IMG/VR virus record: IMGVR_UViG_3300042564_002756
Location: 117,361-137,360 of that record
Direction: 5' to 3' (one strand)
Origin: an uncultured virus (IMG/VR IMGVR_UViG_3300042564_002756)
Lineage: Duplodnaviria > Heunggongvirae > Uroviricota > Caudoviricetes
DNA: 20,000 nt
Positions within the stretch are counted from its first letter, which is position 1. Every line of letters begins with the position of its first letter. Below are positions 9,201 through 15,662 of the stretch, one piece after another. The position numbers and the translations under genes were made by a program. The notes beneath the pieces were generated by a model. The model saw nothing but the letters and a program-made list of their open reading frames with translations, had not been told where the DNA came from and searched no databases.

Positions 9201-9709
9201 GATTTTGCAAAAAAAACTTTTTCACAGTAATCTTTTTCTTCTTTAAAACTGTGTGCTACACACACTCTTTTTTCGTGCCATGAAAATGTTTCTTTCCAAT
9301 CAAATCCATAAACCTTTACTTCTTTTGGATCCGAACGATATACATAATCCAGAACTCTTAATCCAGTCGAAGGTTTTTTACTTAAATTAGATGAAAGTTC
9401 TTTACACATTTCTTTGGTATATACCAAATCTACCAAATCTATAAAATGCGGAGATACATCGATTGTATCCATCTGCATTTTATGTGCTTTAGTTCTGGTT
9501 ACAAATGGCTTATTTTGTCTGCCATTCTGCATACACCAGACATCAAGTTTAGTGCCCATTTGTACCGGAAAATCTGAGAACCTATAACCGCCTCTGTTAA
9601 TACGAACTACTACTTCGGCTTGATCTATTTCTTGACCATATCGCTGTCTTATAAGAGATTCAGCATTCCCAACAATAGCAACTGTTTTACCTTCAAACCA
9701 TTCTTTCAT
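9179..9709 (-). CDS. GT29 sialyltransferase-like glycosyltransferase (paralogue 1)
   Basis: TVAIVGNA...GQEIDQAEVVVRIN...GTKLD, PSTG, YGFDW and HSFKEE. Confidence 0.8.
   Translation of the reverse strand: MKEWFEGKTVAIVGNAESLIRQRYGQEIDQAEVVVRINRGGYRFSDFPVQMGTKLDVWCMQNGRQNKPFVTRTKAHKMQMDTIDVSPHFIDLVDLVYTKEMCKELSSNLSKKPSTGLRVLDYVYRSDPKEVKVYGFDWKETFSWHEKRVCVAHSFKEEKDYCEKVFFAKSWFIVRK
9678..9709. repeat. 32-bp perfect direct repeat shared with 3726..3757 (partial third copy at 4231..4257)
   Basis: gcaactgttttaccttcaaaccattctttcat is identical at 9678-9709 and 3726-3757, the 5' ends of two GT29 paralogues. The copy at 4231-4257 matches 24/27. Confidence 0.9.
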
Positions 9710-9734
9710 GTATAATTAATCTCATCAGTAAAAT

Positions 9735-9762
9735 AAAAAAAAGGTGGAGTTTATCCCACCTT
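9735..9762 (-). terminator. Rho-independent terminator
   Basis: Minus strand AAGGTGG-GATAAACT-CCACCTT runs into a T8 tract, downstream of the micro-ORF chain. Confidence 0.8.
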
Positions 9763-9786
9763 ATATTTATTCTTTTGTGTATAGTA

Positions 9787-9915
9787 TTACTTTATTCCAA
9801 GTCTGTCTCTAATATCTTTAGCGGTTAATTTGATACCATTTTGCCAGGCACCGTACCATTCTCTATGATACTCTATTTTATAGTATTCTATAATACCTAT
9901 ATCTGAAATGCTCAT
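9787..9915 (-). CDS. Small hypothetical protein (42 aa)
   Basis: Manual translation MSISDIGIIEYYKIEYHREWYGAWQNGIKLTAKDIRDRLGIK*. ATGA overlap with the upstream micro-ORF. Confidence 0.6.
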   Translation of the reverse strand: MSISDIGIIEYYKIEYHREWYGAWQNGIKLTAKDIRDRLGIK

Positions 9916-9968
9916 TTCTTCTTTTTCTCTTCTTTTTCATCTTCGCCGTAATAAGGAATGTGTGACAT
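9912..9968 (-). CDS. Micro-ORF (18 aa)
   Basis: MSHIPYYGEDEKEEKKKK*. SD-like AGGTGG upstream, TAATG overlap with the previous ORF and ATGA overlap with the next. Confidence 0.5.
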   Translation of the reverse strand: MSHIPYYGEDEKEEKKKK

Positions 9969-10030
9969 TATTTACCACCTTTTTTCTTTTCACACGGTGT
10001 GCGAAATACTGAGTGATCTGGATCTATCAT
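9968..10030 (-). CDS. Micro-ORF (20 aa)
   Basis: MIDPDHSVFRTPCEKKKGGK*. Starts in an ATGA overlap with the DUF1127 stop and ends in a TAATG overlap with the next ORF. Confidence 0.5.
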   Translation of the reverse strand: MIDPDHSVFRTPCEKKKGGK

Positions 10031-10368
10031 TGTGCCCAACCATGTGAAAGGTTTCTAGCTCTTACTTGCCATGGTGCAAGACCTCTATCTAGATCTTTAA
10101 GTCTATTTTCAAGATCTACTACATTTGCGGATTCTGCTAGATATTCATCAATTTTATTCTTTTCGGTCTTTACTTTAAAAAAGTCACGAAAAGGTTTAAA
10201 CTCAAATTTAATTTCTTCGCCATCTGTTGCATCGTGTGCAACAGATTGAATATCTGATCTTGTAATACCTAGATCATGTAATTCTCTGTCGGAAAGTACT
10301 GATAACTCTTTAAGAGTTCTAGTATACATTAAGTGTTTTTTATAAGCAGCAATTATTGCTCTTAGCAT
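10027..10368 (-). CDS. DUF1127 (YjiS-like) domain protein with a C-terminal DUF3563-like segment
   Basis: N-terminal RTLKELSVLSDRELHDLGITRSDI is the DUF1127 signature. C-terminal EYLAESANVVDLENRLKDLDR resembles DUF3563. SD AGGAG upstream. Confidence 0.8.
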   Translation of the reverse strand: MLRAIIAAYKKHLMYTRTLKELSVLSDRELHDLGITRSDIQSVAHDATDGEEIKFEFKPFRDFFKVKTEKNKIDEYLAESANVVDLENRLKDLDRGLAPWQVRARNLSHGWAQ

Positions 10369-10400
10369 GTCTGTCTCCTACTCTGTGTGTCATACGCCCT

Positions 10401-10420
10401 TATTTATAGACATTATAACA
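10401..10420 (-). promoter_or_regulatory. Late promoter TATAAATA (10401-10408) with an adjacent extended -10 element TGTTATAAT (10412-10420)
   Basis: Both motifs are read directly on the minus strand upstream of the DUF1127 gene. No good -35 hexamer was seen. Confidence 0.65.
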
Positions 10421-10472
10421 CAAGAATAGGTAATGAGTATTGACATTCCTGAAAGGCAGGTATTCGGTTATG

Positions 10473-10742
10473 TTATGGCAGGATCGGATCACTTACATCA
10501 GCAAGATAATAATTACATCCTTCATATTTAGGAAATGATACTAATGACATCACATCTGGATATCTTCGACAACCTTCTGGCCTAGTTTCATATATATTAC
10601 AACGAATGGTTTCTTGATTGAAATGTTCACACCATCTTAGAGTAAACTTTGTTTTGTCTACATCATCATAGACACGAAATTTGCAACATACTGCACCACA
10701 CTTGTCAGTAACACAGCTGCCTCTTACTTCTAATTCTCCCAT
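10473..10742 (-). CDS. YkgJ/FliB-family cysteine-cluster (Zn/Fe-chelating) protein
   Basis: CxxxxCGAVCC ... CEHF ... CNIYETRPEGCRRYP pattern. Confidence 0.8.
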   Translation of the reverse strand: MGELEVRGSCVTDKCGAVCCKFRVYDDVDKTKFTLRWCEHFNQETIRCNIYETRPEGCRRYPDVMSLVSFPKYEGCNYYLADVSDPILP

Positions 10743-10747
10743 TTAAA

Positions 10748-12574
10748 TTATACCCAGGCAAAATACTGTATAGTAGTTGCGCCTTGGTCAACGTTGCCGC
10801 CATAGTTATGAAACTCTATACTAAGTGTATCTGCAGCAGAAACCCATGCTCCTGCGATCATTAATCCATAAGGTAATGCAGTTCCAGAAGTTATCACAAT
10901 TTTGTGATTAGTTGTTAATCCGCTTACAGTAAACGTTAATGTACTAGCTGATGTTTTATTAATTGAAGCAGGGTCTATTGATACAGAACCAGCAAGTATA
11001 CTAGTGGCAGCAGAAAGATTTGTAGAAGTAGTAGCAGTGTTTGCATTACCATTAATTGAACCAGAAATAGTATTTGTGACTGTTAGATTAGTCAATGTAC
11101 CTACTGTGGTTAGACTACTTGTAACTACATTGCTTGCTAGTGTCGTTCCAGTAATATTAGCAGCTGCTACTGAACCGGCAGTTCCTGACACATTCCCAGT
11201 AACATTACCCGATAATACCTTACCCGATTCGAGTGTAATCCCTATGCTGTCTACTGTTGCAATTTTGGCAAGTGTAGTAGAGTTTAATGGGGTAGTCCAC
11301 AACTCAATGGCACCGCCGTGATTAGTCAATGTTTGATTTCCAATTGCCTTGTAAATAATCCGAGTATTTCCAGCGCCTGGGATAGATGTACCGTCATGCG
11401 CTGTTCCACTGATACGCATGATCTCTTCGTCAGCCAATACTGCTGTAGGAGCGGCAACTGTACCGTTAAACCGACGAGCAACAAATGCTGCAAACGCATT
11501 TTGACTATCATTGTAAATTCTTGATGGGATTCCAGGAGTATCATACTGTCCTGTTATGTGTAGCATAACTCCAGTGTTGAGAGGAGATATAAATGCGCCA
11601 GTTGCACTACCTACTATACTCACGGCACCTTCGATACTATCAATAGTTGGCACCAACATCTTAACTTGACCATCTGATTTGACTGCAAACACTGGCTCTT
11701 CTTCTAAAATCTCGGTAAGTGATCCATTAGTTGGGTGTACATGAAATTGTCCAACTACGTTAATACTGCCAATGCCATTGGATGCAATAACTACATCTTC
11801 ATCATCATTTATTGCTTTTAGAATGGCATATTCGGTATTAGATGTATATGTACCTACTGTGGCTGCAAAATCACCGAATGAGAAATCTAATCCAGTAGAA
11901 TCAATAATAATTTGATCTTGATCATTAACTGTAACACCTGGGCCCAGTTTAACACCGCCAAGATCTGTATTAGTTGCTACTATAATCTGTAACGCGTTAG
12001 AACCGTCAATCTCAAATGCTTGTCCTATTTTTATTCCACCGAGTACTGTTGGTGATGCAACAGAAAGAGTAACTTCATTATCTGTATTCAGGTAAAGACC
12101 ATCGCTGATTCCTACAGTATCAAAATAGAATTTTCTAGTATTTTGATCATATGTTAAATATTTGTTTAATCCAACAGATGCTGAATTAATATCATCTAAT
12201 CTAGCAAATTTAACTTCACCGCCACCACCCATGGTTGACATCTGCTGTTGGATTCGCTGCAGGAATAGACCATAATGGTCGTCCATTTCCTTAAATGTTA
12301 TAAACTTTTCAGTAGAACTTTTACGAAGTGGGTCATCCCATCTTTGCTTTTCAATATTTGCAGGTGTTGCAGGAATATCATCACTCTTTTTAGTAAGATA
12401 TTTTGCAGTTTTTTGTGCAATTGTTTCTTCTTCATTCACTTGAATATTAGTTTGCGGAGTTAAACTAATACTAGTTTCTTTTGATTCTTTAACTTCTTTA
12501 ATCTCTTTATTTTGAAGTTTATTAGCTTCAGCAAGAAGTTTTTTAAATTCGTTTAGTGCGCTCATCTTTGCCAT
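10748..12574 (-). CDS. Putative virion structural / fibre-like protein
   Basis: 608 aa. A charged N-terminus and GGGGEVKFARLDD motif are followed by tandem ASPTVLGGIKIG / ATNTDLGGVKLG repeats and a T/S/G/N-rich beta-type C-terminal region (TSSLTTVGTLTNLTVT). Confidence 0.6.
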   Translation of the reverse strand: MAKMSALNEFKKLLAEANKLQNKEIKEVKESKETSISLTPQTNIQVNEEETIAQKTAKYLTKKSDDIPATPANIEKQRWDDPLRKSSTEKFITFKEMDDHYGLFLQRIQQQMSTMGGGGEVKFARLDDINSASVGLNKYLTYDQNTRKFYFDTVGISDGLYLNTDNEVTLSVASPTVLGGIKIGQAFEIDGSNALQIIVATNTDLGGVKLGPGVTVNDQDQIIIDSTGLDFSFGDFAATVGTYTSNTEYAILKAINDDEDVVIASNGIGSINVVGQFHVHPTNGSLTEILEEEPVFAVKSDGQVKMLVPTIDSIEGAVSIVGSATGAFISPLNTGVMLHITGQYDTPGIPSRIYNDSQNAFAAFVARRFNGTVAAPTAVLADEEIMRISGTAHDGTSIPGAGNTRIIYKAIGNQTLTNHGGAIELWTTPLNSTTLAKIATVDSIGITLESGKVLSGNVTGNVSGTAGSVAAANITGTTLASNVVTSSLTTVGTLTNLTVTNTISGSINGNANTATTSTNLSAATSILAGSVSIDPASINKTSASTLTFTVSGLTTNHKIVITSGTALPYGLMIAGAWVSAADTLSIEFHNYGGNVDQGATTIQYFAWV

Positions 12575-13788
12575 CCTTTGATATATTCAGGTGAGAAGTT
12601 TGCTTTGCTAAATTGCAATCTATCTACTAATTTCAGTGCATTTTTACCGAGATGATCAATAGCAACAAAACCTTCTTGACCTGTTACTTCATAGCCATCC
12701 TTGGTTTTAAGAAATGTTCTCATATTATTTACTCTATTGAGTTTATCCAATAGTATGTACTTAACTTCGTCTACAATATTATAGATACGGAAAACATCGA
12801 CAACATCAGACCCATGTTCCTTGAAGTATGAAAGTATCTCATCACGCTTTTTAAATGAAGATTCTTTACCAGCATCTGACTTCTTTTTGTCTGCGTCTTT
12901 CTGATAATAATCTTCTATATATTTAATCATATCAGCGATAAATTTCTTGGGGTCACCGATTCTCTGGCCTTCTCTCACTTTGACATTAATGAAAGCATTA
13001 ACACGGATTCTACGCTCTTCATTATCTGAAAGTCCATCCAATACTGGTCTTTTTATCTTTGCAAATATTTTTCCTGCATCTGAAAGAAGAGCAGTTACGT
13101 GCTTTGTTTCTTCAGCAGTCATTGTAGCACTACCAGAAACATCCTTAAATACAGCATCAACAGACCAGACAGTTTTTACTTTTTTGAGATTTGTTGCAAT
13201 CTCCTGTCCAAAACTCGCTGACATTGATTCAAAAGAGTCTCCTCCGTATGTTGTGTGCCATACCACACCGATTTTGGATCCAAGTATTTGTTTAGCAAGA
13301 TCGCTTGTTTTTGGTACCGCATAAACAATCGTGTTAGGATGAAAAGTAATATACGATTCTCCATCAATGTTAACTTCTTTAATATCTTCGCGCGCATAAA
13401 GAAAATCACCCTGTATCACGCCCTTAATACCAAGTTTTGGCAACTCAGCAAGAGCTAATTTCAATTTTGTGTTTAAATCACCTGATGTATCTGCATCAAC
13501 GTCTGCATTAGTTTTATAGACTTTTGGGTTCTTGTTAAAGATACCTTTCTTTGCCACAAAGAATTTACCATCAGTTGGATCAATACCTGCAAAAACTGCA
13601 GGGGCACCATCCCACTTAGTAGAAATATTCATTGGGGTTTTAGTATGACCGGCAAGTGTATCTCTTAGAACTCTCAAATGATTAATTGCTTGACGAGTAC
13701 CTTCAACACCGCCATCAATGATTGCATCAGCAAGATGCACCATATGTGAATTTTTTTCTTCTTCTAGATACTGTTTGAATGATAGCAT
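12562..13788 (-). CDS. DUF6267-like protein with ATP-dependent ligase/nucleotidyltransferase motifs
   Basis: STKWDG (motif I KxDG, 13606-13617), IQGDFL (motif III-like), QEGFVA (motif IV) and LKLVDR (motif V-like) occur in the canonical order. Starts MLSFKQYLEE. Confidence 0.65.
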   Translation of the reverse strand: MLSFKQYLEEEKNSHMVHLADAIIDGGVEGTRQAINHLRVLRDTLAGHTKTPMNISTKWDGAPAVFAGIDPTDGKFFVAKKGIFNKNPKVYKTNADVDADTSGDLNTKLKLALAELPKLGIKGVIQGDFLYAREDIKEVNIDGESYITFHPNTIVYAVPKTSDLAKQILGSKIGVVWHTTYGGDSFESMSASFGQEIATNLKKVKTVWSVDAVFKDVSGSATMTAEETKHVTALLSDAGKIFAKIKRPVLDGLSDNEERRIRVNAFINVKVREGQRIGDPKKFIADMIKYIEDYYQKDADKKKSDAGKESSFKKRDEILSYFKEHGSDVVDVFRIYNIVDEVKYILLDKLNRVNNMRTFLKTKDGYEVTGQEGFVAIDHLGKNALKLVDRLQFSKANFSPEYIKGWQR

Positions 13789-14393
13789 TATACTTTCCTT
13801 ACCGATCCATCATGTTGGACATGATATGCTTCGAATGTTATATTAGGATAATTTTTTGCAAGAGCCTTAAACATAGTAATATTGGGCATTGCATCATCAA
13901 AGAACCTGACTCTTTCATATTTACCACCACGCAAGTATTTATGGAAAATAAACCTCTTGTTTTTAGCAGATGAACCAAGGTTTAGATTACCTGATCGTTC
14001 GACATAAACTTTGTCAATGTCAATTCCATATCTACGGAATGTATCAAGGAACTTGTTCTTGTTATCAAAATCTGGTCTTGCAGTGACAATAATAACCTTT
14101 GATCCCACATTGACTGCATTCTTAATAATTGCCTTTGCTTTTTTGATCATAGACCAAATTGGAATTGAAGTATCGTGAAAAATTTCGGCACTTCTAAATT
14201 CACCATAGTCGTATGTTTCACCTGGTTTTATTTTATATTCATTGTATTGTTGATTGTCAAGGGTTCTTACTAGTTTTCCGTCTTTCATTATCTTGACGAG
14301 TGCTTTAGTACGAAATAGAGTCTCATCAATATCAAATATTGTGAGACCCTTTCCATTAGATTGCTCAGTAATGAATTGTTTAAATGATTGCAT
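13788..14393 (-). CDS. HAD-superfamily phosphatase (Pnkp 3'-phosphatase-like)
   Basis: IFDIDETL (DxDxT), IVTAR (motif II), a motif III lysine and FFDD (motif IV). Starts MQSFKQFITE. TAATG overlap with the downstream ligase-like gene. Confidence 0.82.
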   Translation of the reverse strand: MQSFKQFITEQSNGKGLTIFDIDETLFRTKALVKIMKDGKLVRTLDNQQYNEYKIKPGETYDYGEFRSAEIFHDTSIPIWSMIKKAKAIIKNAVNVGSKVIIVTARPDFDNKNKFLDTFRRYGIDIDKVYVERSGNLNLGSSAKNKRFIFHKYLRGGKYERVRFFDDAMPNITMFKALAKNYPNITFEAYHVQHDGSVRKV

Positions 14394-14410
14394 TTATTTA
14401 CTACTTTAAA

Positions 14411-15421
14411 TTATACTAATTTACCAGTTTGGAGGCAAGTACTCCCTATAGAAGAAAGTGGATCACTTTGAGACTGAAATTTATGGGTCTGTGTTGCAAA
14501 TTTCTTATCGTTGTGATAAAAACTAGTAATAGAACCATTTGTTTTTACTGTAATATTTTTAGGATCATTAAGAATGTGTTCATGTTCTGATTCTGGGTGT
14601 GAGGTATGATGTTGGATACCTTTGGCAGTTTTATATGTAGTATGTTTTATAAAATTATGACCTGCATTTTGTAAAGGTGTATTTCTTGCCTTTAAAACAT
14701 CACGAATGTGATTAACCACTTCTTTATGTTGTCCGCTATCTAATTTTTGTTGTAATTCAGCGCCGTGTTCACCTGCAATAGTACGTAATAATTTTTTATT
14801 GCGGCTTATGATATCAGCTTTTACTGCCGGATTTGAATTTAATTCTGCTTTTCTATCATCTCTATTATTTTTATTTAAGTTAGGATAGTCTTTAAGAATA
14901 TCACTTTTATGTTTTTCGTGCATTTCTTTAGCTTTGGAACCGGCAGATTCAATACCTAAATTGGAAGTTGTTATATTTTTACTGGGGTTATCAGATACTT
15001 TTAAACTAACTCCATGATATGTCGGTTTATCTGAAGATTTCTTTTTAGTATGAATCATAAGATCAGAAGGATCTTCTTTTTGAGTAGAATGAATACCAGT
15101 AGATCTATGTATGTCACCAGGTTTTGAAGTCCATTGAACTTGGTGTATTGTATGGCCCGCAGGTAATTTTGTTTTTATGTTGTCTGCTGCCGCTTTAGCT
15201 CTATCATTTGCTTTTTTATAATCATCAGGGTGCATTGAAGCTTTTAATTTATCATGTGCTTCTTCTGGACTATAACCATTTGAATCTTTATGGTGAGTCA
15301 TGTGTTTACCACCGTTTAAATGATATCCAGTTAATAATTCATGCATGACACCTTTAGTATTATTAGAAACAGAATTTTTAGTTTCCTCATCAAGATGCAT
15401 AAAAGATTTAAATCTCAACAT
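14411..15421 (-). CDS. Putative PD-(D/E)XK-family nuclease, His-rich
   Basis: GVMHELL (helix glutamate), DPSDLMI and HGVSLKV (S-x-K variant) in restriction-endonuclease-fold order. Starts MLRFKSFMHLDEE. SD AGGAG and TTG start. Confidence 0.55.
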   Translation of the reverse strand: MLRFKSFMHLDEETKNSVSNNTKGVMHELLTGYHLNGGKHMTHHKDSNGYSPEEAHDKLKASMHPDDYKKANDRAKAAADNIKTKLPAGHTIHQVQWTSKPGDIHRSTGIHSTQKEDPSDLMIHTKKKSSDKPTYHGVSLKVSDNPSKNITTSNLGIESAGSKAKEMHEKHKSDILKDYPNLNKNNRDDRKAELNSNPAVKADIISRNKKLLRTIAGEHGAELQQKLDSGQHKEVVNHIRDVLKARNTPLQNAGHNFIKHTTYKTAKGIQHHTSHPESEHEHILNDPKNITVKTNGSITSFYHNDKKFATQTHKFQSQSDPLSSIGSTCLQTGKLV

Positions 15422-15444
15422 TAGATAAACTCCTATTTTTTACT

Positions 15445-15452
15445 TATTTATA
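15445..15452 (-). promoter_or_regulatory. T4-type late promoter (TATAAATA)
   Basis: Exact consensus, intergenic, about 23 nt upstream of the start at 15421. Confidence 0.8.
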
Positions 15453-15464
15453 AAGTAAAAAAAA

Positions 15465-15662
15465 TTAAGTTCCTTGATGAAACTCATGTTTTACTGCAAA
15501 GAACATTGGAGTCCAGCCATTAAAGCCAGAGCCAAGATTTAGTTTTCGGCAAAGATCTTTTGCTTTCTTTTCCTCAAATGATAATTCAATAAGTACATCA
15601 CCACCTTTTTCATAGATGTTATATGCGGCGGCTGCATTAGTCTTTTTTACAATATAACTCAC
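15465..15662 (-). CDS. Small hypothetical phage protein
   Basis: 65 aa, GTGA overlap with the helicase stop, LNLGSGFNGWTPMFF motif. Confidence 0.65.
   Translation of the reverse strand: MSYIVKKTNAAAAYNIYEKGGDVLIELSFEEKKAKDLCRKLNLGSGFNGWTPMFFAVKHEFHQGT

Noticed and set aside
9787..10026. Cuckoo-type (CCUCCUCCC) sRNA repeats that often follow DUF1127 genes
   Set aside because: No such motif is present; the region is explained by coupled micro-ORFs.
10440..10474. Plus-strand sigma70 promoter from TTGACA at 10440
   Set aside because: No -10 hexamer at 16-18 nt spacing and no credible plus-strand gene downstream.
12524..12574. Sixth capsid-targeting-like start (MSALNEFKKLLAE) in the fibre-like protein
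   Set aside because: Spacing and residues deviate from the motif shared by the other five, so it is too weak to include.
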